Below the pieces are notes generated by a model, which worked only from the letters and a program-made list of their open reading frames with translations, was not told the DNA's origin and did no database searches. Shown piece after piece: positions 23,760 through 36,237 of a stretch of DNA of 64,000 nucleotides. Position 1 is the stretch's first letter. Each line of letters begins with the position of its first letter. A program made the position numbers and the translations under genes. Source of the DNA: Cyanophora paradoxa CCMP329. Taxonomy: Eukaryota; Plantae; Glaucophyta. The DNA lies in assembly GCA_004431415.1 (NCBI GenBank), contig QPMI01000193.1:1-64000 (forward strand), read 5' to 3'.

Positions 23760-24177
23760 AGCCCCGAGCTCTCGCGGACTGCGCCCCGCGGACATCTGCG
23801 GGCGGACATCTCAGAGACCCTTGCGAGAGCCGCCCGGCCGCGCAGCCAGCTCACCTGGCCCGAAGAGCGAGGCCCGCTGGACGAGCCCCGAGCTTTCTAT
23901 CCGCTTCGGCGCTCTGCGGGCTGCGGGCGCGCGCTACGGAGGGAATCTGCGAGCGGATATCTCAGAGACCGTTGCAAGAGCCGCCCGGCCGCGCAGCCAG
24001 CTCACCTGGCCCGAAGAGCGAGGCCTGCTGGACGAGCCCCGAGCTTTCGATGCGCTTGAGCGCCCTGCGGACTGCGAGCGCGCGCTACGGAGGGCATCTG
24101 CGAGTGAATATCTCAGAGATCGAGGCGAGAGCCGCCCGGCCGCGCAGCCAGCTCACCTGGCCCGAAGAGCGAGGCTC
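23760..24177 (-). repeat. Duplicate copy of the 151-bp tandem repeat
   Basis: Same sequence as 783-1200. Confidence 0.75.
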
Positions 24178-26013
24178 CCTGTCGAGAGTCTCCAGGCAGG
24201 GCTCGCAGTACTTCTGGTAGAGAGTAGACCAGGAGCCGGTCCTTTTCATGCGAAGCGAGTGCACTGCCTCGACTCCAGAGTCTGTGCGAAGGAACCCGCG
24301 GCGCTGAGCTCGAGACGTCTGCCGGGCGGGGCGAGCGCACCATGCACGAAGTGCGCTCGTGAGCAAGAGAGTCTTCGAATGAGCACTTGCTGTCCGCGGC
24401 CGGGTGCATCGATAGCCCCTGGGAGAGCGAGCTTTCCCAGTCCGCCTGAATCGGAACGCGCACGCGTACGTCTCTCTGCGGCCAGCGCGGTCAGGGCGGC
24501 CAGCCCAGAGCGATCCAAGCAATAGCGTACATTCGCTTCGGCTTCAAGGAGCTGATCGTCTTTCCAGGATCGTCTGTCCAGGCGCGCGATGGGAGTGTAA
24601 AAAAGTTCAAAGCTCTGCGCGGTCGAACAGCAGCGGAGCGGGAGGAATGAGCGGATCGGGAGGGATGAACGATGTTGCGAGCCGCGGTGCGGGCGCGATG
24701 TCAGCCGCGGACGCAGAGATCGAGGAATTCACCTGAAGGCGCTCTCTCCTGACCGGCGCCCGGCCCCGAAAGGCAAGGGAACTGTGATGCTACCTCTCGG
24801 CTGCGTCTGCTGTACATGTGCGCTGCAGCTGCGGGCAGCGCTTTACGAGCAGCTGGGTCCCCTGATACGTATACCCCCGCGGGTTTTTTTAGGTCCGCGC
24901 TTCGAACGCGGCCCGAATTCGAATTCCAGCGAGAGTTAAGGCCTCGCGCGCGGTCGGGAGTTGAAAAACGCATCCGTGACCATTTCCGGGTGCCCGGCGG
25001 CGCGCTCCGGCGACATGCATGGACTTGCATATGCACGATGTATGTGCCCGTTCTCGGCAGCCGGGCGAGCTACGGGCTAGCGCTCGCCGCTAGCTCGAAC
25101 GCGTAGAGGAGGCCGTTCCCGGTTGTCTCCAACTCGTTCCGGCCGGCAATCCCGGTCGTGGCCTCAGGGAAACGGATTTGACGAGGGGGCATATGAAGGG
25201 GTATATACAAATTGAGCCGTTGGCTGCAAATTCAAGACTAGGGAGGTAATATATATAGCTAATCATGAATTTTCTTCGCATATATGCATATGCATGCTCG
25301 AACTGGAACGTTAACGCGCGCGGCCGCGGCCTGCGGGCGGCGCCGAGGCCCGCAGCGGCTAGCGCTGGGCGCGCGCGCGGCCCTATAGCTACTTGCGACT
25401 CGAGCTCGATCGATCGCGAGCGGTCCCGGCCCTGGCTGGGCGGCCGACTCGCTAGCGCAATCGAGCGTCTAGCTTTAGCGTCTAGCTATAGCGCTAGCGC
25501 TAGCTGTATACGTAGCTCTAGCTGGCTGCCGCGTCGATTGTGTACGTACCCCCTCGCCACTTCGCCCCCGGCAGAGGCGTCCTCGTCTTGCGGCGCCGGC
25601 GCCGCGAGGACCAGCCGCTGCACGTGATGTAGCCGTCGACGTGCGCGGGATGCGGCTCCGGGCCTCCTAAGCGGCTCACGACGCCGGGAGCCTCCGAGGC
25701 GCCTTGGCCTCTCCCGCCAGCGCGCAGCGCGCAGCGAGCAAGCTGGGCTCTCAATTACCAGTAGCCGCATACATCAGTCTGTCCGAAGCCTTGCAACTCT
25801 CCGGCGGGCTCTCCGTTCAGCGGGGCCGGGACATTGCGACTATCACGGTCGCGTCGCATGCGCAAGAGCGTGTTGTAATCAGCATCTTAAGCGTGGTGCG
25901 GAGCGCACGCGCTTCGGAAGCGCTTGATAATCAGCGCCTCTATAGATTCTGACTGCCGGCGCCACAGATGTACCGGTAAGATGTACGCCGGATATCATTC
26001 CGTGCACGTGAGG

Positions 26014-29000
26014 ATGACGGCCTAAGTATCGCGCTCGGATCATCCGGGCTCGCACTGCGGTGCGCCCGAGCCCCTCGCTCTGCCGCGCGTGCTGTCGCGC
26101 ACCGGCGGAAGCGCGCTCTGAAGCCGAGCCGCGTCGCAGACGAAGCTGGTGCGGGACCGCTGGCGCCGTCACCGGAGATGGGGGAGGAGCCGGCCGCTGC
26201 CGCGACCGCGCTCGGAAAGCGCGGCGCGCCCGCGGCCGCAGGACCCGAGGGCGGCCCGCCGTCTCCCAAGCGGGCGAGGAGCGTGCCTGGCGAGGAGGCT
26301 CCCGACTCGCCGGAGGAGGCTTGGCCGCCGCCGGGCGGCGCTCCCGGCGCGCGCGAGGCGTCGGCCCCGAGCTTGCCGGGGGTACCCCCACCCGGGGGGC
26401 GCCCGCCGCAGCCGCCGCCCTTGCCGCTCGCGGTGCCCGTCGACGCGTCCTGGAGCGCGTGGTCGCAGCTGAGCGCCGACCCGACCCTCTCCTGCGAGCC
26501 CCCCGAGAGCCTGTGGCCCCAGCCCATCGCCCCCACCCTGAGCCCCGTACCCCCCGAGGGCGACCTCGCGGGGCCGTCGGGCACGCAGCTCTCCGCGACT
26601 CTCTCGCAGTCCGCCGCGCTCCCCGCCGCGCCGACACGTACCCCCTCTCCCGCCGCCCCGACCCGTACCCCTTCTCCCGCCGCCCCGACCCGTACCCCCT
26701 CTCTCGCCGTCCAGACCCGTACCCCCTCTCCCGTCGCCCCGACCCTTACCCCCTTTCTCGCCGCCCCGACCCGTACCCCCTCTCCCGCCGAGCCCCTCGT
26801 ACCCCCACCGGACCTCGCCACCGCCTCTGGCGACCCGGCGCGCTCTTCCGCCGCCTCCACCAAGGACGCCGCCCCTGCGCACGCATTCAGTCGCCCAGCC
26901 CCTTCCTTCCCGAAGCCCGCGCCGGCCCCCCCAGCCCCCGCCCCGCCCCGTTCGGAGTCCCGCGGGACCTCCCGCCCCGCCCCGCGTCTTTCGGGTTTTC
27001 GTGGCGTCAGCTCCAGGCCCAACGGAACCTTCAGAGCAGGATTCCATTGGCGAGGCCACGGGTTGGTAAGCCGCAGCCGCCCGCTCATCTCTGCTCGATC
27101 TTGGTGCCACGTGCGCTGACGTCTGCAGATCGTGACCGGCTACGTCTCCTGTGAGCGAACGGCCGCTCGGATGCATGACCGGATCGCGATCGCCTGCCTC
27201 GGGCCCATCACCGCTGCGGATTTGTGCAACTTTACTGTTATAGGTGCGGTCCGTTAATCATATAAACTTCCTCATGTTTCCAGTAATTATAACCCCGGAA
27301 ATTTTTGCGTACCCGCGCACTTTTTCGCGTATACGTACCCCGCGCAGGTACGGTTCTTTGATCGCCCCTCGCCCCTCTGTCGCTGTCGCCGCTTATTACA
27401 AGGGCGCACTTTGCAGAGTACGAGTCTGACGCGTTCTACAAAGCCATGTTCGGTCGCGTTGCTGCAGCGAGCTGCCCCCGTGTCGGTTGCCTCGACGCCT
27501 CCAAGGACGTGAGCCGTCTCTCCGCACAACTTCGTCTTGAGCTTCCGTCGCCTCACGTCTTTCTGGGCGCAGATGCAGCCGTTCCAGGCCGCAAAACGAG
27601 TTGCCGCTTTTCTGCATGCTCCCAGAACCCATTTCACTTGTTTTTCCTTGTCTGATGCGCGCAACGGCAGCTTTAAAGAAGGCCTCGTTGGCGTTTGGTG
27701 CGCAAGCGCCCATTCAACGATTGTTCCTGTAATATTTCGCTCATCGCTTCTGCAGGCCCCCGTCTGTTTGCCCGGAGTTCGGAGAGGGTCCCGCAGAGAC
27801 ACTTCCGGCGGTCGAGCCGGCTAGCATGTCTCCGCAACCGCGAGCAGTGGCCGCAGGCGGGGCGGGCCACCGCCTGCCGGCGCCTGCGGCGCAAGAATTG
27901 CAATCGCCGGCGGAATCGCAATCGCCGGCGGAGTCCCAATCGCAGACGGCCGGGGTTTCAGACTCTGCCTCCAGCTCGTGTCCTCCGCGTGGACCTCTCT
28001 TCTACGCCCGTTGCTTCAACCAGGCAATTAGACACTTCAGCCCATCCTTCGTGCGTTCACCGGGCGACGCCTCTTGGGGCCGTCTGACCCGTGGCCGTGC
28101 ACGCGCCCAGGTCGCAGCTCTGCCGGAGCGTGAAAAAGCAGGGTTCGCCGAGTGTGTCAGGGACCTCAACTGTATGAAGAAGGCCTGCGAGCCTGTTGGG
28201 TTCCCCCTCGTGGTGCCCTTGACCAGCCCCCCGATTTCTTCCTATGCGCTTTTAATCCCTCCTACTCCAGGCGTTTATTAGGAGCGGAGAGCGGCCGTCA
28301 CTTGAATTGGCGCCGGAGGCACACCGCGCGACGTGGAAGCAGCTCACGTCGTTCACGGAGCGGTGGCTCGTCGACGCGGCGATCTTCCTCGCGGCAACAC
28401 TTGTGGATCTGGAGGCCCGACAGGGCCAGCGGCTGGAGGGCGCGCCCAGCGCGGCCACGGCAGCAGGCCCCAACCCGAAAGTGGCGTCCGCAACGCAGCT
28501 GCCGCCTCGGGCCTCGCCAGTGGCAAGGCCGCCGTTCCGCCCATCCGCCCCGTCGGACGCGTCTTTGACAGCCCCTCAAGCTCTGCCTCCGCCGCCGATT
28601 GCAAGCCCCGCCGCCCCGCGATTCCATCCACCGCCGCCCCGCTCCGCCGCACGCCCACCGCCGTCCACCTCGGCCCCCGCGCGATCAGGATCCGTCGCCT
28701 GTCCGCCCGCCTCGACCTCCTCGGGCCCCCAACACGCAGCCTCCGCTCGCTCATCGCCGCTTCCGTCGCCGGCCCAGCTCTATGCGGCGGATGACGTCGC
28801 ATCCACACGCACCTCTTCAGCCGCCGCAAGTTCCCCTGCAGCGAACGGTACGAGTTCGCCTCTTTTGCTGCTCCCCATCCCCCGCTCAGCTCTTCGCTGA
28901 GATGTCGCCGTCCGCAGTGCGTTTGGAGACGGCGGCCGCTATAGCTGCTCCAGGGCCGCCTGCATCTAGATCTGCTCCGTCTTCTGCTCAGGCAGCAGCG

Positions 29001-32000
29001 GCAGCGCCTGCTGCCGAACGCAGCACCGTCTCTGTGCCCGACGCATTGCCGTGGCCAGCATCAAAAGACCTCTTCGCGACGATGGCGGCTGCTGCAGCTG
29101 CGGCGGCGGACACGGTAGTCCTGCCGGCACCTTCACTTGTTCCCGTTTCCCCAGTTACAGGTGCGCCTCTTCTTGCGTGCCGTCTTCGTTTGCAACTACT
29201 TTCTGATCGTGAGTCGTATGGCTGTCCGGACCGGCAGCGCAGTTGCGTCGTGCCCCTGTGGCGCCTGCGTCGGTCCCACCCACCACATCGCCTCAGCCGG
29301 CACCAGCGCCGTCTGTGGAAGCCAGGGCGATTGCCGCTCGAGCCTCGTCCATCCGCCCGCCACCGCCTGTACATGTCGGCACAGGCGTTTCGAGCACCCA
29401 GGCCCGGTTCAAGCTGCAGGCTCAGAGCGCGCCCTTCAGAGACAGGGACTCTCGCCCATGTCGCTTCAGCGGTGCGCACCTGCCTCTTCGCGATGCGAAC
29501 GCAACAAACCCCGACGCTTCTGTTCGTCTGCGACGCTTCGCGTTGATGGCTTTATTCGGCGCAGTGGTTTTGGCGGCCTTCGCAATGCCTTCTCGTTCGT
29601 TCCCGCTCCGATCCATTTATAATTACGATCCATCCTTCATTCTTTACTCTAAATTGAACTTGACAATATCTCGAAAGATCGAACGAGAACTACGTATACT
29701 TAATATTAATCTTGCATATGGCCGATTCTCGGCCTGTATCCAGCGACCCTAATGAGCACGAACGCCAAGCAGGGAATGCCCTCGCCTTCGCGAGAGACCA
29801 CCACTCTCCCCTGGTGCTCGTGGTCGAAGACGCGCCGCAAATTTCAATTGAGATGCAGTGCGCTCTGTCGTCGCAAATCAAAGCTTCGACGTCTGTGCGT
29901 TAATCATGACACGCATATATGCAACAGACTTCAACCCCTTGAGGCCGCTTTCAACCCCAACACATCCATCGAGTTCGACGTAGTCCTCCTCCGTGCGTTC
30001 ATGATCGTTCTTAGGCTCGGACTGATATTTTTTAAATTTTAAATTGCCGCGCTCGTGGTCGAATGACACTCGGGGCGCACGCAGAGACGAACGGGAAGGA
30101 AGTCGTGACGACGGCGTCGGGCCAGCCCGCCCCCGTGCGGCTCTACACGAACCGCGAGAGTGCAGCGGTGCGTTGCGGCGCCGCTTGCACACGAAATAAC
30201 CGCTAGCGATAGTTAACTTCACTGCACCCATCTTCTGAGGGTTTTCCGATTCCACGCGCCGCGATGTGTTTGACAAGTCCCTCTCAGAGGTGTCAGATGC
30301 CGATGGACTGCCCTAGAGACGTGCATGCCACGCAAGTCTGCGTGTTGCCGCTCCCCCGCCTGATCGAAGTCGAACCCGTCCACATCTGTCTCCGGTGCGC
30401 TCGCGGGCGTCGCAAGAGGTCGCGACGAGCCCATTTCAACGCGTCTGACGCCCTGGCGCCCTTCTGCAGGCCCGTCGACCCCGCCTTCGCGAGGCTTCTC
30501 ATCCAATTCGAGCCGATGTACCTGTGGAGCCGACATGCCGCCGAGGTGAGTTCTGGTCGAGCTGCTCTCCACGGCTCGCCAGCTTGCGTCTGACCGCCCC
30601 GCAGCGCCTGCAGCTGGGGCCGCGGCTCGCGTTGAGCTCCCCGGCCGGCCCCCGGACGCCGTCCGCCGCTCTGCCTGCGCCGCTGGCTGCGGTGCGGGCG
30701 CCTCGTTCTTGTAAGAGCCTTTAATTTCCTGATGCGTTCGGCAGCCTCCGGCCGCGGTGGCGGCGCCTGCGACGCAATCCCAGGCGCGCGCACGGTCCCC
30801 AGGGTCTTTCACACATGGCCAGTTCAATCCTGCTCTCGGCGCTTCGCGCGGAGTCGCCTCCGGCTCGACGGCAACGGTCGCATCCGGCTCCGCTGCCGCT
30901 GCCGCATTTTTCAATTTTTCCAGCTCGATTTCTGTCGCTCGGAAGGTATGGTCCCTCGCGGTTCCGCCGCGCGTGGCGCCGCGCCGACGGCGGCGGCGCG
31001 CTGACGGCGGCGGCGCAGGAGGCTCCGTCGAGGGCGGGGGCGGGGGCGGGGGCAGCGGCCGTCGTACGCGTGCAGCGACCCGTCGTCGAGGCGATGCTGG
31101 AGTCGCGGGGCCGGACGACCGCGGCGGCCTCGAATTGCGAGGTCGCCGCCACGCCTGGGGATTCGCCCGCGCTGCAGAGCGTTTCGGCTCGCGAAAGAGC
31201 CGCAGCAGTGCTAACGGCGCCGGCGCCGGCGGCGGGCCGCTCGTCCGCAGAGCCCGGGAGGGCGCTCTCCAGCGCCCCGGATCCAGAGCCGGCGGGGGCG
31301 GCCGCACCTGCGGCGTTCAAGGACGGGAGGTACGAGTGCGGGCGCTGCGGCGGCGGCTTCCCCTCCAGCGTCGCCCTCTACGAGCACCTCGTCCTCTGCC
31401 GGCCCCCGGGCCCCGCGTCCGCGAGCGCCGCAGCGGCAGCAGCAGGCGCCGATGCGGGTAGCGTGTCGCGCAGCAGCAGCAGCAGCTCGGCGGGCCCCGG
31501 GCGCGAGGCTGGGGCGGGAGGGCCGCCGAGGGCGGCAGCGGCCGCGGCGGCCCCGGGGGTCGTCGGCCTGACTCTCGACGACGGCGAGGAGCGCGGGGGC
31601 GACGGGGACGCGCCGGGTCCCCCAGCGGCGCCCGGCCCCGCGCCCCCCTCTCCCTCCACAGCGGCCGCGACAGCCGTGCACACGGCGCAAGCGGCAGCGA
31701 GCGACGGCGCGGGAGGACGGACGCACGATCGCGAGGAGGCAAGCGGCTGCGAGCTGTCTGCCGCCATCCCCGGAGCGGCTTCCGGCTCCGCACTCGAGCT
31801 CGGAGCTTGCAGCGCTGATGCAGCGGGGACGAGCAGCGGGGAGCGTCCGGAGCAGAGTGGCGGGGCGAGCGCAGTTGAGCTCGAGGCTCGCGAAACGGCC
31901 GATCGCGGCGTCGACTCAGCCGAGTCTGCGGCGGCAGCGCAGCCCGGCACTGGCGAGCCCGGCGAGCCCGGCGAGCAACCTCGGCAGGCACGCTTTCCGG

Positions 32001-32641
32001 CCAGCGGAGGCGAGGGCTCCAGCCTGGCGAGCGTCACGGGCGAATTCGACGCCAGCTCGGAATGCGCTGCTGGGGACGCGGCCGCCGCGCCCTCAGCAGC
32101 CTCGGCGGCTTCGCCGCGCGCGCTGGAGCCGGGCCCTGCCGCGCCCTCGGTCGACGCCGGCCTGCCGGATGGCGAGGGTGCCGGCAGCAGCGGAGGCGCC
32201 CCTGCAGCGCTGGCGGCGGCCCCGCCGCCGCCCTCCCCCGCGCTCTCCTTCGCCATCGGCCCCGCGCGCGGCGACGGAGATTTAGACGAAGCTGGCGGCT
32301 CGTTGCGATCGCCCGCAGCGGACTGTGTCGCGGCGGCGGCAGCCCCCGCAGCGCTAGCGCAGGCGGCGGGGAGCGAGCGCGAGGGGCCCGCGGACGGGCC
32401 GGTGGCGGCAGGAGGGGCTCTGGAGGGGCCCGAGGAGCTCGCGGCCGTGGCGGGCGGCCTGGCCCCGGGGGAGGCCGCCTCCGAGGCCGGCTCCCCGCTC
32501 GTCCTCGTCTCCGAGTCCGAGTCGGAGTCGGACGAGGAGCAGCTCGGCTCGCCTCCGGGCGCCAGCGAGGGCGCCCCCGCCGCCCCAGCGCCCGCCGACT
32601 GGTGGCTCGAGCTCGGCGCCGACCCGCTCTCTCCCTCCTGA
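26014..32641 (+). CDS. AP2-domain / C2HC zinc-finger protein, paralog A (multi-exon; probable start at ATG 26178)
   Basis: Split AP2 domain SGFRGVSSRPNGTFRAGFHWRGHGL|IVTGYVSCERTAARMHDRIAIACLGPITAADLCNFT (intron 27066-27128); exons homologous to paralog B (EYESDAFY, TWKQLTSFTERWL, PLVLVVEDAP, FDVVLL, GQPAPVRLY, FEPMYLWSRHAAE); YECGRCGGGFPSSVALYEHLVLC; long Ala/Gly/Glu tail to TGA at 32641. Confidence 0.7.
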
Positions 32642-33551
32642 CCCCCGGGCCCTGCCGCTTCGCGCGCCCCTGGAGGAGACCCCGTGGCGCCCGCCGCGTC
32701 TCGTCCAGCGCCGCGGCCCTCGAGCCGCGCCGCCCGCAGCTCCGCCGCCTCCCAGCGCCTGCAACGGGCTCGCTTCTCCTGCTCCCGCCCCCCCCCCCCC
32801 CCCCCCCCCCCCGCCTCCGCCGTCGCCTGGGGCCTCGCCTTGGGCCCCCCATGCGTGCCGCCGCCGCACCGCTTGGCCCTGCGACCGAGGTCGCACGCCC
32901 CGGCCCGATCCCGGCTGTACGGTCACCGCGTCGATCGCGAGTTCATCATTGGACGGTTGAACGTCGACATTACTTTAATTTATTGCATTTTTTTGGCAGC
33001 ATGCGCATGTATCTATATAGCTAAGACCGTCGGACTTATCGTTAACAAGAGCTCGAGGCTAGGACGCACGCACGTGTATATATACGTAAACGTAGCGTTT
33101 ATACGTTAACGTATACGTCACGGCGTATACGTAATTCGAATTCTTGATTTAATTAATGTGCACCGTTAACGTTACCACGTGCACTGCGGTCGCGATCGGG
33201 CCCGGGGCGCATGCACTAGCATTCAATGATTATAATTATGTATGCGTCGACGTCTAGATCTATAGCTACGTATAAAGGGAGCGCTAGCGGGCGCAGAGAC
33301 TAGCTAAGGGGGCAGAGTGATTGCGAGAGGGCCCGATATCGATCATGATCATGAATGCACATGTACATCGGGTCAGTTCTAGCCAATAAATAATACTTAC
33401 AGGCAGACATCTATCCTCGACAAGCAGATGCATAGCTGGCTTGAACGTCGGAAGGCAGCGGCGCACAAAAACCATCTAAAATCTCAACAGCAGCCACGGG
33501 GAGAGAGGCTGCGGCAGGGACCGAGGAGACCACGGCCCCCCGGTCGGGCCG

Positions 33552-34763
33552 CTACCGGTAAGAAAGAATGTTCCTTTTACTACTGACGGGCTCGTTGGCA
33601 CGGAAGCGTGTCCCGCGAAGCTGCGCCGCGCGGTCAGAAGAAGGAAAGGAAAGGAAGCGGCGGGAGCGAACCCGGCGGAAATTGCTCTCGGCGTCCCAGG
33701 CGGACGGAGAGTCCTCTACAGAGCGCGTGCTGTTGGCGGGCGAGGGTGGCGCCCCGTGCCCGTGCTGCGGGGTACCGGTGCCCTTGGCCGGCGTCCGGCC
33801 GGCGCCGGGCGTGCCCGGCGTTCCGGGCGCGCTCTTCCCTGCGCTGCTCCTGAGCGTGTTCTGCATCGCCTTCAGGTACTGGTGCAGGTCCTTCGCCTCC
33901 GTCTCGAGCTCGTCCGCCTCCGCCGCCGGCGCAGCGACGCCCATGGTCCCGCGAGCGGCGGCGGCAGGTGGGACGGCTCGGCCACGCCCTCGCCCGGGTC
34001 CGACACGGGCGATCCCGGCTGCGCGTTCCACGCTGGAAGCTGGCGCGCGCTCTCCGGGTCCGCAGCGCGGCCGACCACCACAGTTGGAAGGTCGCCGGAA
34101 GCCGCGAGCGCCATCGCCGCCTGGTGCTGCTTTATCCTCGCCAGAATGCGTTCGTATTTCCCGCTATTGGAGCCGAAGATCTGGTCGCTATCTTAGCTCG
34201 AGAAGCGAAGCCTGATCATGAGGAGCGAGCCCTGACCTCCTCAATCTCTCCTTCCCGCGGGGTGTCGATCGGCGTGTCAGCGGCTGAGTCCGGATCCGGC
34301 AGATCCTCGCCCTCTTGCGGCGCCTGCCAAAAAGAGGCGTAAGAGGACCCCAAGCACGATCGGCTGGCAGCTAGCTGAGCCGGGACAAGGGAAGGGAGCT
34401 GGCACACCCTGGACGACGAGGGTCGGTTCCTTGTGTGTGCCGGCTCGTCTTCTGCCCGAGCGGCGAAGAGAGGGATGCAGCCGAGCATGCACGCCAGCGA
34501 CGGCGGCCTGAAGCTCGTCAATCGAGCGCCCCGTCGTTTCGGCACATCGGGCTATACCTCAAAATAGAAGAGAAGCATGTTGGCGCTAAAGAAGTCGAGC
34601 TCGAAGGTGCGGGTGCCGCCGTGTCGCCTGTCGACACTATCAGCGTCAGCGACACCATCACCTCGGCCCGGGCGGGCGCACAGCACGTTTCCGCGCGCAT
34701 CTGCCTCCTGCCGCGGGTCTTTTCCTCGGGTGAAAGCGGACCTGCTCCTGTTGCCGCCGACAT
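33552..34763 (-). CDS. Duplicate copy of the hypothetical gene (1-nt deletion near 33949 shifts the frame)
   Basis: Identical to 10448-11660 except ggtcccgcgag versus ggtccccgcgag. Confidence 0.55.
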
Positions 34764-35138
34764 TTTTTTGGCCGCCGGGGTACGCGAGCTTAAGCCCGGG
34801 GCTGGTTCAGCGCTATAGCCGCCACTGAGTCAGACGTCGACGTTGGCGCTAGCTACGAGCCCAGATAGGGAATTACCCCCTATGGCATCCGCCGCGGCAG
34901 CTGCAGCTGTGCGGGGTTGACGGTCCGCGCGGCCGCATGCGCAGAGGGCTCGGGTCTGCGGCCAGGGCGCGTCGGCGCAAGAAGCATGGGGCCGACGTCG
35001 ATGTCTATCGTCCTCAAAAAACCTAGTCCTGTACACGTGAAAGTTGATCGCTCCCTAGGGCCTAGGCCTAGGCTGACTGGTACAGCTGCCCGAGGGGGGG
35101 CATGCGGAGAGGCGAGGGGGCGAGGAAAGGGCAGTTGG

Positions 35139-36107
35139 CTAGCAGAGCTTCGTGAAGAAGTGACCTGCGCACGCGAGAAGCGATCGCTCAGGGCAGGCCA
35201 TGTGCGACGGCACGGGTGGAGAGGGGCATGCAGCTATGAGAGCTCTAGGAGGCTAGCTTCGTGCAAGCGATAGCGCACCGCCAATGTTTCCGCCACGCAT
35301 TGCCCGGTACACATTCTGCTCGAAGAGCCTCCTGTTCTCGCGCAGCAGGTCGGCTGCCTCTGCTCGCGCACCCCGCGATCAGCAAGCTCGTAGCGAAAGC
35401 CGAGCGAGATCGCGCGGACCCTTGTTCAGCGGGTCATCGGGATTCGGTTCCTGGAGGGAGCTGTGAGCGGCGCACGCGCAAATCGTGCGGGAAGGCGAGG
35501 AGCAAGTCGCCAGCGTGCGAGCGGACCAGGAACAGGAACTGCAGCCCGTAAATGATTGCGTTGATGTTCAGAACAGGCTTCCAGTCCTCGCGCAGGATGT
35601 TCAAGCACACATTGCCTTCAAGGTCAATGTTTGGGTGGTAGACCTGCTCAGCGCAATGAGCGCAGCATCGAAGACTGCGTGCGCGGAAGCGTTCGGTCGC
35701 AGTGCACCTTCGTCTCGCACTTGACCTTCGGCGGTTCATGCGGGTAGTTCGAAGGCACCTTGAACGAGAAGGGGAAGGTGCCGCCCTTGTAGAAGCCCTC
35801 GTCCGGCGAGATGAGCACGCGGAAGTTCATGATATCATCAGCGCTCGCAAACTCCGTCTTCACCGTCGGGGGCAGGCTCAGCTCGCTGATGTCTGCATGC
35901 GAAAGTTCGCCACCGCGCGGCGGAAGACTTCAGCCGCTGAAGAGCAGACGGACGTGCTACAAGCGAGCGGCTGCCGGCGGCAGACGCAGGCGATGGCGCA
36001 CCTTTCTGGATGCGGATTTCGCCAGGCGTGGTCTTCTTTCCAGATCCGCTGGCCTTCGACGCTGCATCGTCCTTCTTCTGCTGCTTTAGACTGAAGAGCT
36101 TGATCAT
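35139..36107 (-). CDS. UBC12: NEDD8-conjugating E2 enzyme UBC12, second copy
   Basis: Same sequence as 12036-13004 (offset 23103). Confidence 0.97.
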
Positions 36108-36237
36108 ATCTAAAGTCTCTGTGCGACGCTGCAGCTGGGCCAACCTCGCTGGGGTACAGCAGAATATTTGCAACTTTGCAGTAGCAAGAGCGGGCTGGAA
36201 CGGACACGAATGCGGAGAGCCTAGGCACTCCAAAGCC
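36108..36237. promoter_or_regulatory. Putative bidirectional promoter between UBC12 and the dynein heavy chain
   Basis: 130 nt between divergent ATGs (36107 on -, 36238 on +). Confidence 0.55.

Noticed and set aside
26014-26025. Stop-codon reassignment suggested by an in-frame TAA
   Set aside because: Single instance; UBC12, dynein and desaturase exons contain no internal stops and end normally at TAG or TGA.
29800-30150. Functional response-regulator receiver domain
   Set aside because: Motif echoes exist, but the phospho-acceptor D-x-x-M-P and the conserved K-P are missing and the spacing is too short.
15968-32641. AP2 genes as HNH-AP2 homing endonucleases, AP2-integrases or Helitron/Crypton genes
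   Set aside because: No HNH, tyrosine recombinase, DDE, Rep/helicase or RT motifs found in the exons I could reconstruct.
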